From Eledone cirrhosa (lineage: Eukaryota), in NCBI GenBank assembly GCA_964016885.1, contig OZ024764.1:28644001-28708000 (forward strand): 64,000 bases of DNA, in the 5' to 3' direction. The notes under the pieces were generated by a model, which made no database searches, was not told where the DNA came from, and saw only the letters and a list, made by a program, of their open reading frames with translations. Of the stretch, positions 22,665 through 37,616 are shown one piece after another. How positions within the stretch are numbered: the first letter of the stretch is position 1; each line of letters starts with the position of its first letter. A program made the translations under genes and the position numbers.

Positions 22665-24279
22665 TTACATCTGTCTGTGAACTCTTGAAAAAGCAACATA
22701 CAATTGTCCAGGGTTAAATACTTGCTCAGGGAGGAACAGACCCACTTTATCATGTATTTGACCATGGTTCTTGTTGATTGTCATGGCATATGACAGTCTT
22801 AATGGAAACTGGGGTCTTTCCAAAGTAAAAGGGATGTTGGCACCACTGGGGGATAACTTCAGTCTTGGGATCAAAACACACCTGCCCATCAAAGGACCAT
22901 AGATATGAGAAGCTTTGATAAAATGTTTATGCAGTTCTACTACTTCTAATCTTGTGCCATTACATAATCTGTTCTGGATTGAAATATTCCATAGAAGCAT
23001 TATTATTGATCCTGCTTATAATTGGAGTTTGTGAGGCGGCATCCCAGAAGGTGTAAGCAAGTTCATTTAGCTTGAACCAGGCAGCAAGGGTCCCTGCATT
23101 TCTACCACAACCTGAGCATTGCCTCTTTGAAAGTAAACTCTGTTTGTTCTCCAGGTGTGTGGCTAGGCTGTATACTGTATGTGATGTACCATGAAGCTTA
23201 AATTCCGAGAGACACGACACTGCTTCTGGCTGAGACACATACCTGCAACAAAGATAGGTTCTTATTTCATCATGGTTGTGTTGGTTCTGAGCCTCATTAG
23301 GTAATGCATTATTCGTTACTTCTATAGATGTACAATCATGCCCCATGTAACATATTTAAAGAGGTACTTGACACTTTTTACAGAAGCGCAAACTTCAACA
23401 TTAATATGTGCACAATATTTCTTAAGCAAAAAGGCATTAAATGGCATAACATTCCTGTTATCTACTGAATGTCATCCAATTTACACTGCAGTTCCTGTCT
23501 TGCACCTCCTGTACTCTGGGTATCCATTTAGGTTCAATAATGTTTCCCTTCTGTAGGTTTTTGGATAGTTCTTTTTGAAAAATCCATTTTGTATAAATGG
23601 GGGAAAAGGGTTTCCAGAACCACATGGCCTGTGGATCATAAACTTTTAAACCTGCTCATGTAGTACTGGATCATCTTCCAATGCAGGTATTTCTGCTGAC
23701 ACGATTCTGTCAATGTCTTCTCTGTTTCTTATCTTGTCTTCATTTTTTAAGGCTCAGTGTTATCATCTGTTTAGATAATTCATTAAACCATTATACTCAT
23801 CCACTCACAATTGGGCTTGATTGTTCCTCAAATATTGAAGCCTGCATCCCTCTACTTTCATATAGGCATCCACTAAATACTGCTAAAATAATTTACCTGC
23901 CCTATATATCGCACTAAATCCTCCTCTATATGCTATACAGTATATGTAATACTCCTGCATTGTCAGTCTATTGCAAACACAGGTCCTACATTCCTCTCCA
24001 TGGCACTATGCCACCAAAATTCACCATTATCGGTCGGTCATGAGGTCCAAGTGGCATGAATTATGTGGTATTTTCTGAGGAGGATGGTCTTTAGGAAAGA
24101 TGATAATATCTCTTTGTACAGGTGGTGTGCCCTCAATCCCCCACAAAACAACAGCTATCATTACTAGTTGGTAAATTAGAGCAGCTCATATCTGATCCTC
24201 TTCTAAATCTTAATTCACAGTTCTGTACACGACAATTTTCTCTTCTTGCACTTTGCTGTTTGAGATGAAACAAGATAGC
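22665..24279 (-). mobile_element. Helitron RepHel pseudogene, Rep/helicase part (unit 2)
   Basis: Copy of 7491-9105. Confidence 0.95.
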
Positions 24280-25321
24280 AATGTCCATAACATTACATGT
24301 CAGAATTATTAGCCACAGGGGCAGAGATGTCCATAACATTACATGTCAGAATTATTAGCCACCGGGGCAGAGATGTCCATAACATTACATGTCAGAATTA
24401 TTAGCCACAGGGGCAGAGATGTCCATAACATTACATGACAGAATTATTAGCCACAGGGGCAGAGATGACCATAACATTACATGACATAATTATTAGCCAC
24501 AGGGGCAGAGATGACCATGACATTACATGACAGATTTATTAGCCACAGGTGCAGAGATGACCATAACATTACATGACAGAATTATTAACCACAGGGGCAG
24601 AGATGACCATAACATTACATGACAATTATTAGCCCCAGGGGCAGATATGTCCATAACATTACATGACAGAGTTTCATCTCGCGCTCTCTCTCTCTCGTTT
24701 CATCTCGCTCTCTCTCTCTCTCGTTTCATCTCTGTCTTCCTCTCTCTCATTTCATCTCTGTCTTCCTCTCTCTCGTTCCATCTCTCTCTTCCTCTCTCTC
24801 GTTCCATCTCTCTCTTCCTCTCTCTCGTTTCATCTCTATTTCTCTCTCTCGTTTCATCTGTCTCTCTCTCTGTCGTTTCATCTCCCTCTATCTCTCTCTC
24901 GCTCTATCATTTCATCTCTCTCTCCCTCTCGTTTCATCTCGCTCTCTCTCTCCTGTTTCATCTCGCTCTCTCTCTCCTGTTTCATCTCGCTCTCTCTCTC
25001 CTGTTTCATCTCGCTCTCTAGTCTTGTTTCCTCTCTCTCTCATTTCATCTCGCTCTCTCTCTCTCATTTCATCTCGCTCTCACTCTCTCTCATTTCATCT
25101 CGCTCTCTCTCTCTCATTTCATCTCGCTCTCACTCTCTCATTTCATCTCGCTCTCACTCTCTCTCATTTCATCTCGCTCTCTCTCTCTCTCGTTTCATCT
25201 CGCTCTCTCTCTCTCATTTCATCTCGCTCTCACTCTCTCTCATTTCATCTCGCACTCACTCTCTCATTTCATCTCGCTCTCTCTCTCTCTCGTTTCATCT
25301 CGCTCTCTCTGTCTCATTTCA

Positions 25322-25353
<32 letters not shown>

Positions 25354-26936
25354 GTTTCATCTCGCTCTCTCTCTCGCTCTCTCTCTCTCATTTCATCTCA
25401 CTCTCTCTCTCTCTCGTTTCATCTCGCTCTCACTCTCTCATTTCATCTCGCTCTCTCTCTCTCATTCCATCTTGCTCTCTCTCTCTCTTCCTCTCTCTCT
25501 TGTTTCAACACTCTAATCCCTCACTTGTTTCATCTCTCTCTAATCCCTCACTTGTTTCATCTCTCTCTTGTTTCAATTCGTTCTCTCTCTCTCTCTCTCT
25601 TTCTCTCCCCTCTCTCTTTCTCTCCCCTCTCTCTCTTGTTTCATCCCTCACCCTCTTGTTTCATCCCCCCTCTCCCTCTTCCTCTCTCTCTCTTCCTCTC
25701 TCTCTCTTCCTCTCTCTCTCTCTCTTCCTCTCTCTCTCTCTTCCTCTCTCTCTCTCTTCCTCTCTCTCTCTCTCTTCCTCTCTCTCTCTCTTTCACACTC
25801 TATCTCCGACTCGTTTCATCACTCTCTCCCCTCTCTCCCCTCACCCTCTTGTTTCAACTCTCTCCTCGTTTCAACTCTCTCTCCTCTCGTTTCAACTCTC
25901 TCTCTCTCTCTCTCTCCTCTCGTTACAACTCTCTCTCTCTCTCCTCTCGTTTCAACTCTCTCTCTCTTTTCTCGTTTCAACTCTCTCCTCTCTTGTTTCA
26001 ACTCTCTCACCTCTCGTTTCAACTCTTTCTCTCTGTGTCTCCAATGTGTAATAAACCGTGACTCATATATATATATATACCGAAGAATGTACATAAACAC
26101 ATACATACACGCATGTGTATATATATATACATACATGTGTCTCTCTCTCTCCCTATATATATGTATATATGTATAAATATGTACATACATATTAGTGTAT
26201 ATATATTGCTATCTATATGCATATTTGTATAATTATACTGTATGGTGAATTGGCAGTATCGGTAGAGGGTCTGACGCCATGCTTTCCAGCATAGTTACGT
26301 CCCTTTACGATCCGAGGTTAACTTTGCCTTTCATCCTTACGGGGTCGATAAAATAAAGTACCAGTAATGTACTGGTTAATTGCTGGCCTTGTGCCTAAAG
26401 TAGAAACAATTATTAGTTCAAAGAGAAACCACCATCCTACCTGAAATATTATGTTATCATATTAAATATTTCTTATACTGTCATGTTTTTTCTTTAAAAC
26501 GATTGCATCTCAATAAGGTGAAGAAAACTATTATATACTGTTGTTATATCATTATACTTTAGTTTTAACATTTCTATGTGTATAAATATAATGTATGTAA
26601 GTGTGTTTGAAAATATATAATAATAATATGCATGTTTGAAGCAGGGTTCAACTGAAATATCTATACCAGTAACTTAATTAGTGTTACACCTTAGGCATAA
26701 ACTATTTGGCATTCTTTGAAGGAGGTACTAGGTTTTTCGCTGTCTTAAATGGAGTATACACGCGCACACGATGCATATATATAAATTGTTTTTCTCTGTA
26801 CAAAGAGATTGACATCATTTCTTAAATCATTATTTAGGGTTTTACAACAAAACATATTGTATGTGTAATTATACAAATTGAATTTAAGTATTTATTTTAA
26901 AATTTTACATACACTTTAGTAGTATATATATATATA

Positions 26937-27704
26937 TTCATTTGTGATGCCATGCATTGTATTGTACACTTCGACATATGGATTATATTCATGCAACACC
27001 TCTCTTATCATAGCCATTTTTTGTGGTGAGCAGTCATTATTTGTTGGGACTAGGGCAGTGGATTGGCAGTATCGGTAGAGCATCAGACACCATGCTTTGC
27101 AGCATAGGGTTATGGCCCTTTACGTTCTGGGTTCAAATCCCTCTAAGGTTGACTTTGTTTTCATCCTTATGAGGTCGATAGAATAAAGTACCAGTAATTG
27201 CTGGCCTTGTGCCAGAAACAATTATTTGGTTGTACTTCCAATCTGTGCTACACACCTTCGTTCCCATCAATAATATATAACTGGCCATATTGTGGTGTAT
27301 TTTCTGCAGGTTACAGAGATGGGTGTGTATTGATATGTTTGACCCTGAATATGAAATCTATACGGGCCTCTGCCGGGTGGTAACACCAAATGAAGTGAAA
27401 TAAATGTAGATTTAATTGCAGATGTTTCTGTGAAATCAACTGCTTCCTGGCCTCTTTCAAAGAGATTTCTCAGTCTCTCAGGGTATATTTGCAATGGTGG
27501 CAACACAACCTTTCCTTTATTACAACAGTTACAATTTTCATTTCTAAATTTCAAAGCTCCACAGTGATCACACGAAACATTCATATCACTAATATGAAAT
27601 TCTTCTACATTTCCATTAATATTAATTGTTGGCCAATTTCTCTTACGACGCTCATTATCCATTCTTCTCTGTCTGAATGTTTTCCATTCTAAGTCTATTT
27701 GCAT
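26937..27704 (-). mobile_element. Helitron N-terminal remnant with SINE insertion (unit 2)
   Basis: Copy of 11625-12392. Confidence 0.9.
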
Positions 27705-27805
27705 GGAATAATTATATTCTGTTGTTTATTATGTAATTAAATAGCTCTGTACAATACATAGAGCATTCTTCTTTTCTTTACCTTTTCTATGGAAATACAA
27801 GAACA

Positions 27806-27874
<69 letters not shown>

Positions 27875-29318
27875 ACATACATAAACAAGACTGTTATTGC
27901 TCCAACCAGTCTATTTACCTTTGATAACTATCCTAAATATAAATACACCTATACCATACATACATATATCATATATGTTTTTGATGCCGTGGTATAGCAG
28001 AGATAAGCAAGAAGAGAAAATAAAATGAAAAGGAGAAAAGAAAAGAAGTAAGAAGTCGGGGGAGGGACAGACACTTCACCCCAGTCTAAGTGGTCCCTCA
28101 GCCGCAACCTGTGGAAGAAACGTAAAAGTGTTACCTCAGAGCAAGGCCAGAGACACCTGCTACAATAGTCGCCCCTCCTCATGAGACTCCTGTCGTCTTT
28201 CCTCCCGACTTTATGGAGGAAATCAGCAGTACAGGGACCAAGTATGGCAGAGGTCTCAATGGAGTGGAAGAGGTGAGTCAGGCCTTGGTACTATCTTACT
28301 ATCCTCTGCATTGCGGGGTGTGGAGCCTAGGTTTGTGGCTGTAGCTATATTTGAACTTTTATATGAAATTTCAGTTTTATATTTTTCACATCATAAAACT
28401 TAATCTTAGTCTTTTGCAGCTCATCTTGTTTCATCTCTCAGCACACAATTTGGGAACCACTGCTCTAGAGATAGAAAAAGTATATTTTATGCAGGGCTTC
28501 CCTGAGACATAAAAACTATTTCAAGAGATCGACATGGGTAGAAAGGTTGAGAAATGCTGCACAATGTTCTTTGGTTTTTGTTCACCTTTAAATAATCATG
28601 TATAAAATATCGGGTGTGCAAGATTTCATGAAAAGGTATAACATTATTTATGCTGATCTTGCAGGGACTAGCTCCAACTGAGAGTTGTACCAATTCCCAC
28701 TAAACTCGAAACTCCTGGACAATATATACATATCTTTATAAGTTCCTGTGTATTGTGTCGCTGTATAATGAAACATAAATATATACCATGCATGTCAGTC
28801 AGATTTGAACTCACTATATTTGGCGTTTTATAGATATAATTTGTTTGTTAAAACAATTGATTAAATAATAACTAAATAAAATTAATTCTACAATCCTGGA
28901 TAGGGAATGAACTAGAAGCCATCTATTCGAGCAGTATTGCCATCTAAGCCACCAGGTTACTTACAGAACTTCATTCAAATATAAAATATAAAATATATGC
29001 CAGACATAGTGAGTTCGAATCTGACTGATTAGTTGGTCATTGTCCCAGCCAACCAGTAGGTGAAATCGACTAGGTTGGGAAAACTTGGTTAAGTAGCTCC
29101 AGTTATTGCTACGTTAGACATATTCAAGACTTATCGACACTGAATGGAAGAAAGGTAAAGTTGAACTCAGAGTAAAGAACTGGAAAAATACTGCAAAGAA
29201 TTCTATCTGATGTTCTAACAATTCTACCAAGTTACCTTATGTATATATATTTATATCTAGAGATAAGAAGAAAACTGAAAGAAAGAAAAGAAAAAAAATG
29301 AGACCTTATATGTAACCC

Positions 29319-29673
29319 ATGTTACAACTCAATATATATATATTTGGGTTGTAACATATTCCTGCCGGTGAAATAAATATTTTAATAGAAAAACGGCGGG
29401 AATATATGTTACAACGCAATCTATATATTTTGGGTTGTAACATATATTCCCGCCGTTGAAATAAAAATTTTAATAGAAAAACGGCGGGAATATATGTTAC
29501 AACCCAACCTATATATGTTTGGGTTGTAATATATATTCCCGCCGTTTTTATGTTAAAATTTTTATTTCAACGGCGGGAATATATGTTACAACCCAAATAT
29601 ATATAGATTGGGTTGTAACATATATTCCCGCCGTTTTTCTATTAAAATTTTTATTTCAACGGCGGGAATATAT
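29319..29673. mobile_element. MADE1-like MITE array, 2 forward + 2 reverse
   Basis: Same 78-bp element and same central spacer cctatatatgt as unit 1. Confidence 0.85.
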
Positions 29674-30052
29674 ACCCTGAGAGACTGAGAAATCTCTTTC
29701 AAAGAGATTTCTCAGTCTCTCAGGGTATATTTGCAATGGTGGCAACACAACCTTTCCTTTATTACAACAGTTACAATTTTCATTTCTAAATTTCAAAGCT
29801 CCACAGTGATCACACGAAACATTCATATCACTAATATGAAATCCTTCTACATTTCCATTAATATTAATTGTTGGCTAATTTCTCTTATGACGCTCATTAT
29901 CCATTCTTCTCTGTCTGAATGTTTTCCATTCTAAGTCTATTTGCATGGAATAATTATATTCTGTTGTTTATTATGTAATTAAATAGCTCTGTACAATACA
30001 TAGAGCATTCTTCTTTTCTTTACCTTTTCTATGGAAATACAAGAACAAACAG

Positions 30053-30086
<34 letters not shown>

Positions 30087-32795
30087 ATATACATAAACAA
30101 GACTGTTATTGCTTCAACCAGTCTATTTACCTTTGATAACTATCCTAAATATAAATACACCTATACCATACATACACATATCATATATGTTTTTGATGCC
30201 GTGGTATAGCAGAGATAAGCAAGAAGAGAAAAGAAAATGAAAATGAGAAAAAAAAAGAAGTAAGAAGTCGGGGGAGGGACAGACACTTCACCCCAGTCTA
30301 AGTGGTCCCTCAGCCGCAACCTGTGGAAGAAACGTAAAAGCGTTACCTCGGAGCAAGGCCAGAGACACCTGCTACAATAGTCGCCCCTCCTCATGAGGCT
30401 CCTGTCGTCTTTCCTCCCGACTTTATGGTGGAAATCAGCAGTACAGGGACCAAGTATGGCAGAGGTCTCAATGGAGTGGAAGAGGTGAGTCAGGCCTTGG
30501 TACTATCTTACTATCCTTTGCATTGCGGGGTGTGGAGCCTAGGTTTGTGGCTGTAGCTATATTTGAACTTTTATATGAAATTTCAGTTTTATATTTTTCA
30601 CATCATAAAACTTAATCTTAGTCTTTTGCAGCTCATCTTGTTTCATCTCGCAGCACACGATTTGGGAACCACTGCTCTAGAGATAGAAAAAGTATATTTT
30701 ATGCAGGGCTTCCCTGAGACATAAAAACTATTTCAAGAGATCGACATGGGTAGAAAGGTTGAGAAATGCTGCACAATGTTCTTTGGTTTTTGTTCACCTT
30801 TAAATAATCATGTATAAAACATCGGGTGTGCAAGATTTCATGAAAAGGTATAACATTATTTATGCTGATCTTGCAGGAACTAGCTCCAATTGAGAGTTGT
30901 ACCAATTCCCACTAAACTCGAAACTCCTGGACAATATATACATATCTTTATAAGTTCCTGTGTATTGTGTCGTTGTATAATGAAACATAAATATATACCA
31001 TGCATGTCAGTCAGATTTGAACTCACTATATTTGGCGTTTTATAGATATAATTTGTTTGTTAAAACAATTGATTAAATAATAACTAAATAAAATTAATTC
31101 TACAATCCTGGATAGGGAATGAACTTATAACTTCATAATAGAAGCCATCTATTCGAGCAGTATTGCCATCTAAGCCACCAGGTTACTTACAGAACTTCAT
31201 TCAAATATAAAATATAAAATATATGCCAGACATAGTGAGTTCGAATCTGACTGATTAGTTGGTCATTGTCCCAGCCAACAGTTTAAATCGCCAACCAGTA
31301 GGTGACATCGACTAGGTTGGGAAAACTTGGTTAAGTAGCTCCAATTATTGCTACGTTAGACATATTCAAGACTTATCGACACCGAATGGAAGAAAGGTAA
31401 AGTTGAACTCAGAGTAAAGAACTGGAAAAATACTGCAAAGAATTCTATCTGATGTTCTAACAATTCTACCAAATTACCTTATGTATATATATTTATATCT
31501 AGAGATAAGAAGAAAACTGAAAGAAAGAAAAAAAAAAAAATGAGACCTTATATGTAACCCATGACCGGGATTGAAACCGAAACCAGGACTACCACCATCT
31601 CTGGTATCACCCACCAGACCACCATGAAAGATACAAAAATCTGCTTTTTTAATATTTATAAGCCTACTTTCAATATTAAAGTAATTAACATGTGGTGTTG
31701 TTCATGCCTTTCTCTATGTTATTGGTAAAAAATAAAGTATTTAAACCTCAAATTTTGTTATTCAAATATGCTTGCTTATGTAATTATAAATGTCGCAGAA
31801 TACACACACATATATAGATGTGAAAATATTCAGGACCCCAACGGCTGTGCTACTGCCGTTTCGACATCTATATATATATCTTTTAGTCCTAGGCTCTTTC
31901 AGCGCAGAAAGAATTCTCCAATGATCACAATCAGCTAATGGTGCCCAGTGGAAGCACTTTTAGTCTAATTATAACCCCAACGATCACGATTAGCGGCGGC
32001 TTTTTCGAGTCTGAGGTTGACTGCCAGCTATATATATATATATATTTTTATACTTTGCTAGAATCCCGGAGAACAACAGAAAGATGCTGAGTTCAGAGTT
32101 TAAAAAACATGTCCCTTTAATATAAAAACAATCCGAGTCTTGTAAAAGTGTTATTACTGTAATATAAAGTAGAAACCCTTTATTTAAACAAAGCTGCGAT
32201 GCAGCGATCATCAAAGCAAACCCCAAAATGTAAACAAACTTCTCGCAGGTGCTGCCAGATACACGATAACATGTGTATACGAAGTGTAACAGGGAGTTGG
32301 GTCGTATTATATGACTTTCAAATTGACCCCTATTATATTCAAATTATCCCCTGTGGGGCGTGCACCCCACGTTGAGAATCCCTCATAAATAAATATATGT
32401 GAGTGTGTTGCTATGACTGCTATTTCTAGCAGGTTTACTGCAGTCCTGTAGACGCACAACAAAAACCGGAAGTGGCAGCCATTAAAAAACTTTGGCTTAA
32501 AATCAGCCAAAAGATTTTCAATAATAGTAAAATTTTATTTTTGACAAGGACGATAACTTTTGTCTTACTTAATCGCAAAAATCGAGGCAAAAATTTTGAG
32601 GGTGTGCAGTTTACACGCTAAAAATAAACCTGCTAGAAATAGCAGTCATAGCAACTCACTTACATATATTTATATATCATATATATATATATATGATATA
32701 TATATTGACACTTTAGAAATAGCAGCGAATAACAGAAAGGACACACACACATATATATATATATACACACACACACATATATATATATGCCCCAG

Positions 32796-32849
<54 letters not shown>

Positions 32850-33275
32850 TATATATATATGCCCCAGCATACACACACACACACACATATATATACATAT
32901 ATATATATATGCCCCAGCATGGTCTTGGACGATCGTCTAACTAAGGCCAATAATAAAATACTTCAAAATAAATTAAACACTACTAAATCCGGGGTTACAA
33001 CTTGGATTACTTAAAAGTCAGTAAAGCTGTAAAGATTCTATATTGTAAATAGGTGGTCGCATGTTCGAATCCGGGCAAATCCCGAGAAAAATAACAAAAA
33101 GAAGGACAATGTAAAAATAACAGCCATAGACGAGAGGAGGACACACACACAAACACACACATATACACACACATGTATATATATATATATGTGTGTCTGT
33201 GTATGTGTTTGGCTGCTATATATATATATAGAGGTCAACACACACACACGTACATATATAAGTGTGTGTGTTTGG

Positions 33276-33317
<42 letters not shown>

Positions 33318-33936
33318 ATATAAATATATGTGAGTTGCTATGACTGCTATTTCTAGCAGGTTTATTTTAGCGTGTAAACTGCACACCCGCAAAATTTTTG
33401 CCTCGATTTTTGCGATTAAGTAAGACAAAAGTTATCGTCCTTGTCAAAAATAAAATTTTACTATTATTGAAAATCTTTTGGCTGATTTTAAGCCAAAGTT
33501 TTTTAATGGCTGCCACTTCCGTTTTTGTTGTGCGTCTACAGGACTGCAGTAAACCTGCTAGAAATAGCAGTCATAGCAACGCACTCACATATTTTTATTT
33601 ATGAGGGATTCTCAACGTGGGGTGCACGCCCCACAGGGGATAATTTGAATATAATAGGGGTCAATTTGAAAGTCATATAATACGACCAAGCTTCCAGATA
33701 CACTTCGTATACACATGTTATTTGAAGTTTGTTTTGATCATCGCTGCATCGCAGCTTTGTTTAAATATAGGGTTTCTACTTTATATTACAGTAATAAAAG
33801 TTTTACTTCGTCTACACATGTTATCATGTATCCGGCAGCACCTATGGGCTGTTTGTTTATACTTTGGTGTTTATTTTGATCATCGCCTCATCGCAGGTTT
33901 GTTTAATTAAAGGTTGCGAGGGGGATCACTGATATA

Positions 33937-33970
<34 letters not shown>

Positions 33971-34049
33971 ACGAAAAGACACACATATATATATACATAC
34001 ACGCAGACATACACCTGTGTGTATGTGCGTGTGTGCGTGTCTTTGGCTG

Positions 34050-34135
<86 letters not shown>

Positions 34136-34249
34136 GTGTATATATATACAGACACACACTGTTGTTTCTTGATTTTTAGCTGCTGTTTCTAAAGTGTCTA
34201 TTAATATATGCTAGAAATAGCAGTCAAGGGAACATTTACGTATATATAT

Positions 34250-34641
34250 GTAAGGACAGTGACACCTGCTGCAACAGGCATCCAACCTCGTGGGACTCCA
34301 TCCTCGGACGGGCCACAGACACTGCGATGTTGCGGAGGAGCTCGGCTGTAATGGGTCCAAGTTGGCCCGGGGTCTCGACGGCGGCTGGTGCTTAGAAGAG
34401 GCTCCAGGACAAACACCGGAATTTGTTTATTTTATGTTCATCTGCGAGACGGGCAGCGATGCTGGGGTTTGTGGATCTACCTCCTTCGAATGGGAAGAGG
34501 GTGATTCCCTCGGGGTGCTTGCCATCTCCGCGGCCTAGGCCTGCTGGTTCCAGTTGAGATGGAAATTCAGCTGCGTCCAGGTTTCTTCTCACTATGTCGT
34601 TGAGAGCATTTATGTGGCTCACACACGCGGAGGCCAAGGCG
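34250..34641 (-). mobile_element. CRE-like RLE remnant a (unit 3)
   Basis: Copy of 4069-4460. Confidence 0.85.
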
Positions 34642-36314
34642 TTGGGCTACTCCGATGCGAGTTCAATCATCATCAAGAATTTATTTGAATTGAAAGGTCA
34701 CTAAACTAATATAGGAGTGTCATTTAAAAATAAGGTAAACAGAAATAGTTACACCGGTAACATAATTACTGTTACACCGGTAGTTCACTAACAATTCATT
34801 TCACGTTCCTCTCTAACAGGTAATGTTTTAATTTGCTCTCCATGTTGGGGAGTAACTGTAGTTTGGCTTGCTAGGGGTCATACATCTTCATACACACACA
34901 CACACATACTATCTATATATATACAAAGGAAAGGAAGATAAACAAATATCAGAGGATTTGACCGGCTTCTTCCTCTTGGCACCTGTAGCCACCATGACGT
35001 ATAAGTATAAATATATATATATACATATCTATCTATATATATATCATCATTTTCATTTTACGTCTGCTTTTCCCTGTTTGCAAGGGTGGGGCATATATAT
35101 ATATATCATCATCATTATACATCCACTTTTCCCCGCTTGGCAGCACCTACGAGAAGTTTGTTTTGATCATCGCTGCATCGTAGCTTTGTTTAAATAAAGG
35201 GTTTCTACTTTATATTACAGTAATAATACTTTCAGAATACTCGGATTGTTTTTATATTAAAGGGGAACATAAACATATTTTAGAGGAGGGGTGTGGAACA
35301 GAAAAGTTTGGGGACCACTGATACACACACACATTTATTTACTATATATATAATATATACATATATATATGTCTGTGTGTGTATACTATATATATATATA
35401 TATGTACAGGGAGGTCGAAGCATTTCAGAATTTTTCTGGGGGGGGGGGGGTGCAAATCCCCCTCTTTATATCAATTAGCACTAACTCTCTCCCTCTCTAT
35501 ATCTACTACACGGCACTCTCTTCCAATACCCCTCTCTATATGAAGTAACACCAAACTCTCCCCCTCTCTATATATTAAGCACTAAGTCAGGAATTTTTTT
35601 CTTCTTTCGTGCAGAGAGAGTAAAGTTGATTAAATCTACTGCAGTGAATTACTGGTATTTTATTTAATAAAAATTAAAATTTACTATTTGTCTTCGTTTA
35701 ATTTTCGTTTTTCTTTACATAGTTTCGTTTCGTTAAATGTCTCCAGAATTTGTTTTTACTTTTACCGGATATTGAAGGTGTAAACTTGGTGTTGTCTAGA
35801 AACGTGTTAGAAATATTTTTCTTTTAATTGTGAAGAATTTAACCGCAAAGTAAGTTTTTTTTACTGTTTATTTGTGGCTGGGACAACGTATGGTATGTGT
35901 TAATGTAAATGGTGAAGGTTTAAAGATTCTTTTTACAACTGAAAATCAGTTTGTTGTTGCTGCTAATTACTTAACGCATGGAATAGATTAAAAAAATACA
36001 GGATTGTTTCTCGGAAGAGAGAAAGAAGAAACAACAAATCACAGAAGCGGGTAGCACACACATTTGGGACCACATACAACACAAAAACAGGTAATCCACA
36101 CATCTGGGACCACATACAACACACCAGCAGGTAATACATTCATCTAGGACCACATAAGCAGGTAATACACACATCTAGGACCACATACAACACACAAGCA
36201 GGTAATACACACATCTAGGACGACATACAACCAAAGGCAGGCGAAAGGGGTGGACAAACGAGCTGCTACTAGAGCAAAAGATAACAGTATCGCGAGGAGC
36301 ACTGGGAAACCTCT

Positions 36315-36530
36315 CTAATGATTTTTTAGGCAAGCCAGCACGTCTGCAGCGTTACCTCGGGCGATGGCGAGGCTGAGGAGCTGGAACAACCAAGTGCCCT
36401 CACGAGCTTCACCAGTCACCTTCGTCAGGCTAGCCGCCAGTGAAGATAGGAATCTCGCAGTCAGTATCCCGACTCCCCCAAACGCCACAGGCTGGAAAAT
36501 GTAGTTGGCCGACAGATCACAGTATTACTT
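36315..36530 (-). mobile_element. CRE-like RLE remnant b (unit 3)
   Basis: Copy of 6133-6348. Confidence 0.8.
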
Positions 36531-37616
36531 AACAGTGATAGATATTCTGTCTAAAGGAGGGGCGTGCAACAGGCGGCCCGCGGGGCCACAATCGAGCCCA
36601 CCTGACCAGTCAGAGTGGCCCGCAATGACTGTTGTAGGCTTATTTAGAATTTTTTCCATACCCGTAATACTTCTGTTAGTTGACCTATACTAAAGGACTT
36701 CACTGATAGGGTTATATGTGTTATAGTTTCCCAGTTGACCTATACTAAAGGGCTTCACTGATAGAGTTATATGTGTTATAGTTTCCCAGAGGGCTTCACT
36801 GATAGGGTTATATGTGTTATAGTTTCCCAGTTGACCTATACTAAAGGACTTCACTGATAGGGTTATATGTGTTATAGTTTCCCAGTTGACCTATACTAAA
36901 GGACTTCACTGATAGGGTTATATGTGTTATCGTTTCCCAGTTGACCTATACTAAAGGACTTCACTGATAGGGTTATATGTGTTATAGTTTCCCAGTTGAC
37001 CTATACTAAAGGGCTTCACTGATAGAGTTATATGTGTTATAGTTTGAAACAAACTACCTGCATCAGTTATTATACTTTTATAACACCGCTATATTACCTA
37101 CATGAAAGAGGTAAATATTTATTTCTCTTGTCTTCTTAAATGTATAGAACATTTTTCTTATATATATTCTTAACATAGCTAGGACCGTTTATTATTTACT
37201 AGTCTCTACTCCTAGGACTTTGCTGGTCTCATGTCCCCTCCATCAACACACACTCGGTAGAAAGCTGGTCGTCGGAGGTAAAGTGGCCCTGATTACAGGT
37301 CTAGTATTGAAGCCTTTCGGCTTGAGCCTTGCTGATGCCGACAGAGTTCCTGTGGTAGTTTTGGTAGCACAGGTGACATTTTATTGTGTTTAGGTACCGG
37401 CTAGTGCGGACACAGAGAGCACAACCAGGTGGTGAGCTGGCAACGACCAAGTGTAGAGGGCCAGCTTTGAAATTCGAGCGACGGAGTGAACTAGTAAAAG
37501 AGGCAGGGTAAGCAGCATTGGTTCTAACGGTGGGACTAGAACGGAGGTTGGGTGGTGCTGGGGTGGGCTAACAGCTAACAGTTGTAGGAGTGGTGGGGGT
37601 TTGCTAGGATTAATTT

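Larger units (their letters stand above)
15259..30201. repeat. macrosatellite unit 2
   Basis: Colinear with unit 1; MITE array shortened to 4 elements. Confidence 0.97.
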
